Origin: Candidatus Sericytochromatia bacterium | GTDB taxonomy: Bacteria > Cyanobacteriota > Sericytochromatia > S15B-MN24 > VGJW01 | Direction: 5' to 3' | Assembly (NCBI GenBank): GCA_035286125.1 | Contig: JAYKIS010000037.1 | Span: 5,365 to 69,364, forward strand | Length of the DNA: 64,000 bases | Part shown: piece by piece, positions 34,919 through 43,058 of the stretch | How positions within the stretch are numbered: position 1 is the stretch's first letter | Layout of the letters: every line of letters begins with the position of its first letter | Notes under the pieces: model-generated | Database searches by the model: none | Seen by the model: the letters and a program-made list of their open reading frames with translations, nothing else | What the model was told of the DNA's origin: nothing | Program-made: the position numbers and the translations under genes

Positions 34919-37900
34919 GCAGGGCCTCGACCCGCCGCAACTCCTGACCTGCGCGAATCCCCTCGAAGAGGTCCCTCGCGCCCAGCAGCAGGCTGTCGGC
35001 CTCGTGGACCTGGCCGGCTCGGGCAGCGACCCACGCGGCGTGAACCATGGCCCGACCCTTCTCCAGGGCATGGCCGTGGCTTCGCAGGGTCTCGATGGAG
35101 GCACGAATGAGGTGCAGGGCCTCGTCGGTGCTGTCAGCCATCATCAGGAGTCGGGCGCGAAGCACGTCGATCGAGGCTGTCTCGGCCTGCTGCCCTGTGG
35201 CTACGGCCAGCTCGCGCGCCTTGTCCAGGACCGCTCGTGCCTCCTCCGCACGGCCGGCAAGCAGTTGCGCGTGGCCCAGGCCACGCAGGACTTCTGCCGC
35301 ATAGGTGCCGGCCCCGGCGCGTTCGAGGAGGCCTGCCGAGGCCTCGAAGAACGGAATGGCGGCCTCGGCTTCGTCACGGGCCAGATGGACCTGGCCCAGG
35401 AAGTTGGTGCATGCGGCACGACCGAGCGGATTGCCCAGGGCCTCGTACAGGGCATCGGCGCCGCGCAGGGCATCCTCGGCCTCGTCGAGCAGGCCGAGCT
35501 TGAGGCGCAGGCCTCCCAGGTTGTTGAGGATATGGGCGCCGCGCGAGCGGTCGCCGATGCGTGAACAGATCGCGTGGGCCCTTGCATAGGCATCCGCCGC
35601 GGCCGCCCAGTCCCCGGACATTTCCTGAGCCATGGCGAGGTTCGTCAGACCGACCACGCGGCGAGGAACGTCCTTGGCCTCGTCCACGAGCAGGAGCATG
35701 CGCTGGTAGTAGCCGATCGCCTCGTTGCCCCGGCGACGGCTGGCGAGGTTGCCGAGGATGTTCATGATGTCGGCGACGACGAGGGGATGCCGTTCCGGGC
35801 GGACGAGTGCCAGGGCGGCCTGGCACTGCCCCTCGGCGTCGCCGAGGGCCCCCGTTGTCAGCCATTGTTCAGCCAGTGTGGCCCGCAGCGTCGCCTCCTC
35901 GACGGGGTCCCGGGTCGCCGCGATGCGCTCCTGGCAGCGCGCGATCGCCTTGTGGGTCTCACCCTGGCGGATCAGGGCCCGGATCAGCCCGGCTTCCCAT
36001 GCCCCTCGATCGAGATGGTCCGGCACCAGGCTGATGGCGGTCTCCAGGTGTTCCCGGGCCGTGGAGACCTCACCTGTCGTGGTCTCGACCGCAGCGAGAT
36101 GGGCGAGCAGCGAGGCCCTGTCGGCTACCCGGGCCGGGTTCGCGTGCAGGCGATCCAGGTGCTCGAGCGCCTGGTTGTAGAGCCGGATGGCCTCTTCGTT
36201 GCCGAAGGCGTGACGGGCTTCGTCCCCGGCCTCTGCGGCGTAGCGGGCCGCGGGTTCGTCTCGATCGGCCCGTGCCATGTGGTGGGCAAGTGTCCGCGCA
36301 CGACCCGGCGTGCCGGGCAGGTCACGCCGCTCGATGGCGAGGGCAGCCCGTTCGTGCCAGTCCCTGCGGGTCGCCAGCAGCAGGTTCTCGTAGGCGACCT
36401 CCTGGGCCACGACCTGGTTGAAGGCGTGGCGGCCGTCCGGCATGCGGTACAGGAACCCGAGCCGGACCAGATCACCGAGTTCCGCCTCGACCTCGCGGTC
36501 GAGTATGGTCCGCAAGAGCGCATCCTCGACGGTCCTGCCCAATACCGAGGCCACCTGCAAGGTCTGACGCTGGGCGGATTCGAGTTGGTCGAGGCGCGCT
36601 GCAAGGGCCCCTTGGACGCTGCCGGGCAGCTTGAATTCCGTGCGGCCTTCGGCAACGGCCCAGGTCGCGCCCGTCCGGATCAGGACCCCTGCTTCCTGGA
36701 CCGTCCGGATCAACTCCTTGAGGTAGAACGGGTTGCCTTCGGCACGTGCGAGGATTTCGTCGAGCAATTGCCTGACGGGTGTGCCGAGGGACTCGGGCGA
36801 GGCCTGGAGCAGGGTGGTCGCGAGGGCTTCGGCCTCCTCGGCCACGAGGGGGGCCAGCGGCATCGGTTCCAGCAGGCCATGCTGGGTCACGGCCGAGGGC
36901 AAGGCTTCCGGATCGCGGCTGGCGAGGACCAACAGCAACGGCACGTGGCCTCCTTCCCTGCCCAACCGGCTGATGAGGCCGCCCAGCCATTCGAGAGAGG
37001 GTGCGTCGGCCCACTGGAGGTCATCGAGGACGAGGATGGTCGGCGTTTCCCTCGCCATGGCGGTCAGCAGGTCGTCGAGGACGACGAAGCTTGCTGACCG
37101 GCGCTGCTGGGGCGGCAAGCTGGCAACCTCGGGATGGTTTACGGGAAGGCCCAGCAGGTGGGCGAGCGAGGACGCGCTGCGGGGGACGTTGTAGGGCAAC
37201 CATCGCGCCACGAGGGTTTCGAGTGCGACCAAGGCCGCATCCGGGCTTGCAGGTGTCTCGCCCAGCAGGGGTTGGAGGACGGAGATGGCGAGCGCATGGG
37301 CCCGATCGCGGTCGAAGGATACGCCCCGGCCCCAGACCACGAGGGCCCCTTCCTGGCGAAGCCGCCGGGTCTCATGTCGGATGAGCAACGACTTGCCGGT
37401 TCCGACCGCTCCCCCGACCAGCAGGCCCGCTGGTCTTCCCGCACGGGCCGCACGCCACGCCGAGGCCAGTTGCTTGCGTTCCCTGGCACGGCCGATCAGG
37501 TCCGTCGCCTGGTCCGTCATCGTCGGGCCCGTTCCCTCGGCCGGGCCGAGAATCAGCCAGGCCTGGACGGTCTGGTCGCGCCCCCCGGCCTGCACTGCGT
37601 CGCGGGCTTCAGCAGTGAAATGCCCCTGCACCTGCTGCCAGGTATCCGCCGAGACGAGGACGCCGCCGGGCGGTGCCGCGGCTTCCATCTTCGACGCGAT
37701 GGCCACCGTTTCGCCCGTCACCGTGTAGTCGGATCTCTGGGTCCCCCCCACGCTGCCGGCTACCACGAGGCCGGTATGCAGGCCGACCCTGACCCTGAGG
37801 CGGATGCCCGTCTGTTGTTCCAGGTCCGCTGCAAAGGCCTGCGCCGCCTTCTGCATGGCCCATCCGGCCATCACGCCGCGCAACGGATCGTCCTCGTGGG

Positions 37901-38324
37901 AGACAGGGGCCCCGAAGAGGGCCATGATGGCATCGCCGATGTACTTGTCGACCACGCCGCCATAGCGGTAGATCGGTTCGGTCAGAACCTCGAAGAAGCG
38001 GTTGACGATGCTCGCGACGGCCTCGGGATCCATCTTCTCGGACATCGCGGTGAAGCCCGAGACGTCCGTGAACAGTACCGTGACGACACGGCGGTCCGAT
38101 TGTTGCAGCTCCGTCGTGGGTGTGGGCCGTGCCATCGGGGCACCAGGGGCCGTGAGGGCCTGCTGCAGGTCGCCGGCCTGCCGGGCCCCGCATCGGGTGC
38201 AAAAGGCGTGGTCCGGCGCGACGGGCGCGCTGCACGACGCGCAAGGCAGGCCGACGGCCACGCCGCATCCCTTGCAGAAACGGGCGTGGGCCGGGTTCTG
38301 CGTGCCGCAGGACGGACAACCCAA
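34893..38324 (-). CDS. Double zinc ribbon / class III adenylate-guanylate cyclase / AAA(STAND) ATPase / TPR protein
   Basis: N-terminus CPSCG...CKGCG...CASC...CTRCG. Cyclase core VTVLFTDVSGFTAMSE...KYIGDAIMALFGAP...VRVGLHTG. P-loop GGAVGTGKS. Long C-terminal TPR array. TTG start. Confidence 0.9.
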   Translation of the reverse strand: MGCPSCGTQNPAHARFCKGCGVAVGLPCASCSAPVAPDHAFCTRCGARQAGDLQQALTAPGAPMARPTPTTELQQSDRRVVTVLFTDVSGFTAMSEKMDPEAVASIVNRFFEVLTEPIYRYGGVVDKYIGDAIMALFGAPVSHEDDPLRGVMAGWAMQKAAQAFAADLEQQTGIRLRVRVGLHTGLVVAGSVGGTQRSDYTVTGETVAIASKMEAAAPPGGVLVSADTWQQVQGHFTAEARDAVQAGGRDQTVQAWLILGPAEGTGPTMTDQATDLIGRARERKQLASAWRAARAGRPAGLLVGGAVGTGKSLLIRHETRRLRQEGALVVWGRGVSFDRDRAHALAISVLQPLLGETPASPDAALVALETLVARWLPYNVPRSASSLAHLLGLPVNHPEVASLPPQQRRSASFVVLDDLLTAMARETPTILVLDDLQWADAPSLEWLGGLISRLGREGGHVPLLLVLASRDPEALPSAVTQHGLLEPMPLAPLVAEEAEALATTLLQASPESLGTPVRQLLDEILARAEGNPFYLKELIRTVQEAGVLIRTGATWAVAEGRTEFKLPGSVQGALAARLDQLESAQRQTLQVASVLGRTVEDALLRTILDREVEAELGDLVRLGFLYRMPDGRHAFNQVVAQEVAYENLLLATRRDWHERAALAIERRDLPGTPGRARTLAHHMARADRDEPAARYAAEAGDEARHAFGNEEAIRLYNQALEHLDRLHANPARVADRASLLAHLAAVETTTGEVSTAREHLETAISLVPDHLDRGAWEAGLIRALIRQGETHKAIARCQERIAATRDPVEEATLRATLAEQWLTTGALGDAEGQCQAALALVRPERHPLVVADIMNILGNLASRRRGNEAIGYYQRMLLLVDEAKDVPRRVVGLTNLAMAQEMSGDWAAAADAYARAHAICSRIGDRSRGAHILNNLGGLRLKLGLLDEAEDALRGADALYEALGNPLGRAACTNFLGQVHLARDEAEAAIPFFEASAGLLERAGAGTYAAEVLRGLGHAQLLAGRAEEARAVLDKARELAVATGQQAETASIDVLRARLLMMADSTDEALHLIRASIETLRSHGHALEKGRAMVHAAWVAARAGQVHEADSLLLGARDLFEGIRAGQELRRVEALLKQAGTGP

Positions 38325-38331
38325 TCTGGTT

Positions 38332-38739
38332 TCAGTCCTTCAGGGCAAGGACCTGCTGACCCAGCAGGACGACTGCCAGCGATTCCGGGTCGGTGCCGAT
38401 CTCGCGGGCCGCGGTCCGCAGCTTGCGTGCAAGTGCCGAAGGCAAGGTCAGGGTCATCGCTGCCTCTTCAGGTGCGACGGTCGGGCCGCGTTCCGCAATG
38501 TCTTCATGCTCGTCTGCCGGAGCCTGCCACGTACGGACGACGGGGCCGCGCGGACGGTCGTCGCGCTGGCGGGGCGGGCCAAAACGGCCACGGGGCGGCC
38601 CGTCGCCGTCGCGCCGGCCCGGACCTGCACCTTCCCTGCGTCCGGGACCCTCGCCGTCGCGGCGTCCGGGACCTCTCGGGGGACGTCCACCGGGGCCATC
38701 GGGGCCACGGGGTGGGCGGGGTGGGCGGGGACTGGGCAC
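38332..38739 (-). CDS. Arg/Gly/Pro-rich protein with a C-terminal ribbon-helix-helix-like segment
   Basis: GTG start 8 nt after an AGGAGA RBS. The C-terminus MTLTLPSALARKLRTAAREIGTDPESLAVVLLGQQV fits a strand-helix-helix pattern. The stop is 8 nt before the cyclase start. GC3 in the N-terminal half is only moderate, so a shorter product from the internal ATG is possible. Confidence 0.5.
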   Translation of the reverse strand: MPSPRPPRPPRGPDGPGGRPPRGPGRRDGEGPGRREGAGPGRRDGDGPPRGRFGPPRQRDDRPRGPVVRTWQAPADEHEDIAERGPTVAPEEAAMTLTLPSALARKLRTAAREIGTDPESLAVVLLGQQVLALKD

Positions 38740-38845
38740 GATGGGGCTCTCCTGCGAGGTTGATGCAGCCTTACCGTACCCGCTCAGGCCACTCCTGCGC
38801 CAGCAGGCGGGCTCCTGGCCCGGTCAATTGGGCTATGATGGGCCC

Positions 38846-39583
38846 GTGAGCCAAGTGAACGTGGCCCTGGCCTTCGGGGCCGGCCTGATGTCTTTCCTTT
38901 CGCCGTGCGTCCTGCCCCTGGTTCCCGGCTACCTGTCGTTCGTCGCGGGCGTCTCCCTCGACGAGCTCAAGAGCGGCGCCTCGCGATCCCCCGAGGCACG
39001 TGGCCGGGTCCTGGCCCAGACCCTGGCCTTCGTCCTCGGGTTCTCCGCGGTCTTCGTGATGCTGGGTGCCTCGGCCACGACCCTGGGCGCCCTGCTGCTG
39101 GATCACCAGGTGGCCATCAGCCGTGCCGCAGGGGCGATCGTCGTCCTGTTCGGCCTGCACGTGGCCGGATGGGTGCGGCTGCCATTCCTCTATCAGGAGC
39201 GTCGGGCCACCGTGCGCACGAAGCCGGCGGGCTTCGTCGGGGCCTTTGTCGTCGGCCTGGCGTTTGCCTTTGGCTGGACGCCATGCATCGGACCGATCCT
39301 GGCCTCGATCCTGACGCTGGCCTCCCAGGAAGAGACCCTGGGCCAGGGCATCGGCCTGCTGGGCGCCTACTCCGCAGGGCTTGCCCTGCCCTTCCTCGGG
39401 GCGGCGCTGGCGTTCGATCACCTTCTGGGCCTCTTCGACAAGGTCAAGCGTCATATGCGCGCCGTCGAGATTGGCAGCGGCCTGCTGCTGGTCGCCGTGG
39501 GCATCCTGCTCGCGACCGGCGGCCTGACCCTCCTGTCCGGGTTCGTCCAGCGCCTTCCCCTGCTCAACCGCCTCTCCATCTAG
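38846..39583 (+). CDS. ccdA: Cytochrome c biogenesis / thiol-disulfide transporter CcdA (DsbD-like TM domain)
   Basis: FLSPCVLPLVPGYLSF and GWTPCIGPIL motifs with about six TM helices. GTG 38846 is the start. The upstream 151 codons of the track ORF are spurious. Confidence 0.85.
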   Translation: MSQVNVALAFGAGLMSFLSPCVLPLVPGYLSFVAGVSLDELKSGASRSPEARGRVLAQTLAFVLGFSAVFVMLGASATTLGALLLDHQVAISRAAGAIVVLFGLHVAGWVRLPFLYQERRATVRTKPAGFVGAFVVGLAFAFGWTPCIGPILASILTLASQEETLGQGIGLLGAYSAGLALPFLGAALAFDHLLGLFDKVKRHMRAVEIGSGLLLVAVGILLATGGLTLLSGFVQRLPLLNRLSI

Positions 39584-39590
39584 GTTCCTC

Positions 39591-40064
39591 GTGATCGTCT
39601 TGCCTGCCTCGCTGACCTTCGATTGGCTGTCTGCCCGGGACCCGCGTGTCCGCGAGGCCATCGCCGTCCGCTGGGCGGTCTTCGTCGAGGAACAGGGCTT
39701 GCCGGCCGATGAAGAGGTCGACGAGTGGGACGGCATCTGCGATCACCTTGTGGCGACGCTCGACGGTGCGGTCGTCGGGACGGCCCGTCTGGTTCCCCAG
39801 GATGCCCATACGGTGCGGATTGGCCGTGTCGCCGTGCGTCGTGAGGCCCGCCACCAGGGGGTGGCGACGCGTCTGATGCTTCGGTGCGAGGCACGGGCTG
39901 CCGAGCAGGGGCGCGAGGTCGTCAGGCTCTCGGCCCAGTGGGGCGTGGTCAGCTTCTACGAGCAATTGGGCTATGCCGTGACCGGTGATCCCTACCTCGA
40001 GGCGGGTCTGGTCCATGTGGCGATGACCAAGCGGATCGAGCCGCAGCAGGGTTCGATCGTTTAG
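39591..40064 (+). CDS. GNAT family N-acetyltransferase
   Basis: Acetyl-CoA binding motif RIGRVAVRREARHQGVATRLM. 157 aa. Confidence 0.8.
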   Translation: MIVLPASLTFDWLSARDPRVREAIAVRWAVFVEEQGLPADEEVDEWDGICDHLVATLDGAVVGTARLVPQDAHTVRIGRVAVRREARHQGVATRLMLRCEARAAEQGREVVRLSAQWGVVSFYEQLGYAVTGDPYLEAGLVHVAMTKRIEPQQGSIV

Positions 40065-40095
40065 CCGGGGCTTCCCTGAAGCTTAACCCTGCCTT

Positions 40096-40125
40096 CGCAA
40101 GTGGCGCAGCCCCGTCGCCGATATC
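40096..40125 (+). promoter_or_regulatory. Candidate promoter, site 1 of 3: CGCAAG-N18-GATATC
   Basis: The -10-like element ends 44 nt upstream of the lipoprotein ATG at 40169. The architecture is shared with sites 40931-40961 and 53981-54010. Confidence 0.3.
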
Positions 40126-40168
40126 TTCTCCAAGTGGTTCCCGAACCGATCGCCTACGGAGAGTCCCG

Positions 40169-40801
40169 ATGTTTCCGAACCGACGTGCACTGGTTGGCCT
40201 GCTCGCGACTGCGGCCATGGCATCCAGCCTCGTCCTCTCCGGATGTGGCACCCGTGTCGGCTCGACCGGTGATCCCAACGAGGAAGAGCCTCCCGCACCG
40301 ACCCAGCCGGCTCCGGCTCCCTCGGCCGATCCCGGCCTGCCCTCGCCCGGGTTGCCTTCGCCAGGTCAGCCTGACCCCGGACTCCCCACCGTGCCTGTCC
40401 AGCCTGATCCCGGCACCAAGCTGCTCGTCTCCCAGAAGCTATTCAAGACCGAGCTCCTGGGCTGGTTCTCCAAGCCCTACATCGAGGTCATGGTGACCAA
40501 TCCCGGTCAGTCCACCCTCAGCGGCACGCTGACGATCAACTTCACCAAGAAGGGTGAGTCCACCGGCGACGACCAGACGCGGCCCGTCTCCCTCGGTGGC
40601 AACCAGACGCAGACGATCCGCATCTCCGCCATCAAGGGCAATCCCGATGGTGCCCGATTCTCCGTCACCACCGACACCCCGGTTTCGGCGCCTGCAGGCT
40701 ACGGCAGCGGCTACGGTAACGGGTACGGCAGCGGCTACGGTACCGGCTACGGATCCCAGCCCTACGGGGCCGTGCCCCAGGGCAGCAGCTACCGCTACTG
40801 A
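40169..40801 (+). CDS. Lipoprotein with a CARDB-like beta-sandwich core and a Gly-Tyr repeat tail (paralog 1)
   Basis: Lipobox LVLSGCG, a Pro-rich linker, the core VTNPGQSTLSGTLTINFTKKG, and the tail GYGSGYGNGYGSGYGTGYGS. Confidence 0.8.
   Translation: MFPNRRALVGLLATAAMASSLVLSGCGTRVGSTGDPNEEEPPAPTQPAPAPSADPGLPSPGLPSPGQPDPGLPTVPVQPDPGTKLLVSQKLFKTELLGWFSKPYIEVMVTNPGQSTLSGTLTINFTKKGESTGDDQTRPVSLGGNQTQTIRISAIKGNPDGARFSVTTDTPVSAPAGYGSGYGNGYGSGYGTGYGSQPYGAVPQGSSYRY
40697..40756 (+). repeat. Coding tandem repeat (GGC TAC GGN NNN) x5 encoding a GYGx repeat
   Basis: Read directly: ggctacggcagc ggctacggtaac gggtacggcagc ggctacggtacc ggctacggatcc. Confidence 0.9.
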
Positions 40802-40930
40802 TCCTGCGCGATCTGAGGGGCTTCGCCAGGCTTCCGAGCCGCGGCGGAGCTCGTTGCCTTTGGGGGCGTCCCTTCTCGGCGCTCCATCCCCATGCTTAAA
40901 TCTCCCTTAGCCGAATCTTTGCCGAAAAGA

Positions 40931-40961
40931 CGCAAGACCCCCTCTCCAAGGGGCCGATAAC
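40931..40961 (+). promoter_or_regulatory. Candidate promoter, site 2 of 3: CGCAAG-N19-GATAAC, preceded by GAAAAGA
   Basis: Ends 47 nt upstream of ATG 41008. The 12-mer AAAGACGCAAGA is identical to the one at 53976-53987. Confidence 0.3.
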
Positions 40962-41007
40962 CCATACATCACAGGCGCAGGGCCTGGAAGGACTGGAGGG
41001 AACCCCG

Positions 41008-41667
41008 ATGTCGAAGCGGATGCTGCGGATGGTCGCCGTCCTCGGAGCGCTCATGCTGACCGGGTGCGGCGGTACCGATACCTATGTCGATCCGGGCCTG
41101 GGCAGCTCGCCCACCTACCCTTCCGACCCGGGAAGCAGCTATCCCTCGCCCTCAAACCCGAGCTATCCGAACCCGGGCTACCCGAATCCGGGCTACCCCT
41201 CGAACCCGGCCGTTCCCGCGACCCCGCCGACCGCCTCCGTGGTCTCGAAGTCCCGGACCGCGGGCTTCCTGTATCTCTTCGGCCGCAAGATGAAGGCCCA
41301 GATCCAGGTGTCGAATCCCGGCCAGTCGATGTCCTCGGCCACGCTGACGATCACCTTCATGAAGGGTGGCCAGACGGTCGAGACCATGACGCAGACCCTT
41401 GACCTTGCCCCGGGCGAGAATCGGCAGATCGAGGTTTCTTCCACCAAGGCCGCCGACGACGTGACCGCCTACGCCACTTCGAATGGCGGCGGGGCCGGCG
41501 GCTATCCCACCCCGGTGGGCGGCTATCCTGGCGGCGGCAGCTTCGGGGGCGGTACCGGCTACGGCAATGGTGGCAGCTATGGTGGTGGTTACGGCAGCGG
41601 CACCGGTTACGGCAGCGGTACCGGCACTGGCTACGGCAGCGGCTACGGCAACGGTTACGGGGGCTGA
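41008..41667 (+). CDS. Lipoprotein with a CARDB-like core and a Gly-Tyr repeat tail (paralog 2)
   Basis: Lipobox LMLTGCG, a YP(S/N)P-rich linker, the core VSNPGQSMSSATLTITFMKGG, and the tail GTGYGNGGSYGGGYGSGTGYGSGTGTGYGSGYGNGYGG. Confidence 0.8.
   Translation: MSKRMLRMVAVLGALMLTGCGGTDTYVDPGLGSSPTYPSDPGSSYPSPSNPSYPNPGYPNPGYPSNPAVPATPPTASVVSKSRTAGFLYLFGRKMKAQIQVSNPGQSMSSATLTITFMKGGQTVETMTQTLDLAPGENRQIEVSSTKAADDVTAYATSNGGGAGGYPTPVGGYPGGGSFGGGTGYGNGGSYGGGYGSGTGYGSGTGTGYGSGYGNGYGG
41551..41664 (+). repeat. Coding Gly-Tyr repeat region
   Basis: Repeated ggctacggc/ggttacggc units are visible up to the stop codon. Confidence 0.85.
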
Positions 41668-41682
41668 GCCCCAGGCGCGGTC

Positions 41683-42372
41683 TTGACCTCGCGTCGCGGA
41701 ACGCCCGGGCAGGAAGCTGGTTGGACCAGCCTCCTGCCCGTCGTCGTGCTGCTCGGCACCATGGGTGCCGTTGCCTGCCTGCACGGCCTCATCGTGCTCG
41801 ATCCGATGGGCGCCACGGCCTTGCTCGGCCATGCCCTCGATCGGGTGACATGCCGCCAGGTGGCCCCCTTGCTTGCGGCACTCGTCGTCGCGGCCGAGTC
41901 GGCATCGGCCCTAGCAGGCGCGATGGTCGTGATGGCCCTGCAGGAGGGTTGGGCTGCGCTGCGCTTGCTGGGCCGTGATCCCTGGACGTGGTGGGGGCCT
42001 TCCGCGCTCATCCGGGGCAGCCGGGAGGGTGCCTTGCTGACGGCTGCCGGGTTCCTCGCTTTCGTGGCGGGTGGCGGCATCGTGCTCGCACTCCTCGGGC
42101 GTTCAATCGAGCCTTGGTTGGGCGCCTTCGTGCGGCCGGCCTTGCTGCCTGACGTCGTTCTCGGCATCCTCAAGGGTGCCGTGCTCGGCTGCGGTATCCA
42201 GGCCTTGGCCTTCCGTGTCGGCTTGCGGTCCGTGCGCGATCTCGAGCGGGGCAACGGTCCCGGTGGGGATGCTGCCGTGGGCGGGGCAGCGGGCGTGGCG
42301 GTCGTTCACGCCTTGATGTTCCTTGCCGTCGCCGAAGCTGTCTGGGTCCTGTTCGTGGAGGGTGGGGCATGA
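41683..42372 (+). CDS. MlaE/YrbE-like ABC permease (first of two)
   Basis: Polytopic, about 229 aa, in an operon with a second permease, an MlaF-like ATPase and an MCE protein. The TTG start is uncertain. Confidence 0.65.
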   Translation: MTSRRGTPGQEAGWTSLLPVVVLLGTMGAVACLHGLIVLDPMGATALLGHALDRVTCRQVAPLLAALVVAAESASALAGAMVVMALQEGWAALRLLGRDPWTWWGPSALIRGSREGALLTAAGFLAFVAGGGIVLALLGRSIEPWLGAFVRPALLPDVVLGILKGAVLGCGIQALAFRVGLRSVRDLERGNGPGGDAAVGGAAGVAVVHALMFLAVAEAVWVLFVEGGA

Positions 42373-43058
42373 GCCGCCTCGACCCGCGGGAGGGCATGCT
42401 GGTCGCTTCGGCACGCGTCGCCGTGCACGCCTTCCGTCATTCGGTGCTGCCCGTGATGCTCTTGTCCGCCTTGCTTGCATTGGCGCTCACGGTGCTGGCC
42501 ATCCGTCCCTTCCTGACCCTGGGGGTGCCGGCCAAGATCGGCGCACTCGAGGGCAGGTTGTTCATCGACGAACTGATGCCGCTCCTCGCGACGGCGCTGG
42601 TGACGGCGCGCTGGGGCACGGCGCGGACGGCCGAGGCGGCGATGATGCAGCACGGCGGGCAGCGGGACGTCCTGCGCCTGCTCGGTCGTTCCCTGGCCAC
42701 CCGCTTGTACCTGCCGGGCGTCTTCGGTCTGGTCGTGGCCTTGCCTGCGCTGACCCTATGGGCCATCTGGGCGGCCTTCCTCGCGGCGGCGCTGGCCGCC
42801 AGGTGGCACGCGGGCCTGCCGCTCGACCTGTTCTGGTCCGAGGTGGATCGGGTTGCCGCACCGTCGGACTTGCTCCTTGCCTTGGTCAAGGGGATGGTCT
42901 TCGGGGCTGCGATAGCGGTGCTGACGACTCGGGCCGGGTTGGGGGCCGCGCCAGGGCCCCGCGGCCTCGCCGCGGCCGTGACCAAGGGCGTCGTGCGGAC
43001 GACATGGCTGGTGGGCGTGGCCAATCTCATGCTGACGTGGGGCTGGACAACGCGATGA
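42369..43058 (+). CDS. MlaE/YrbE-like ABC permease (second of two)
   Basis: ATGA overlap with the upstream gene. Polytopic. Similar in size to its neighbour. Confidence 0.65.
   Translation: MSRLDPREGMLVASARVAVHAFRHSVLPVMLLSALLALALTVLAIRPFLTLGVPAKIGALEGRLFIDELMPLLATALVTARWGTARTAEAAMMQHGGQRDVLRLLGRSLATRLYLPGVFGLVVALPALTLWAIWAAFLAAALAARWHAGLPLDLFWSEVDRVAAPSDLLLALVKGMVFGAAIAVLTTRAGLGAAPGPRGLAAAVTKGVVRTTWLVGVANLMLTWGWTTR

Noticed and set aside
38393-38845. N-terminal 151-codon extension of ccdA
   Set aside because: It is antisense to the RHH-like gene and is Pro/Arg/Gly-rich. CcdA homologues begin at the first TM helix, here at GTG 38846.
40697-41664. Short tandem DNA repeats that might be taken for a CRISPR or VNTR locus
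   Set aside because: The repeats have 12-nt periodicity, lie in frame inside two ORFs, and encode Gly-Tyr repeats. There is no repeat-spacer architecture.
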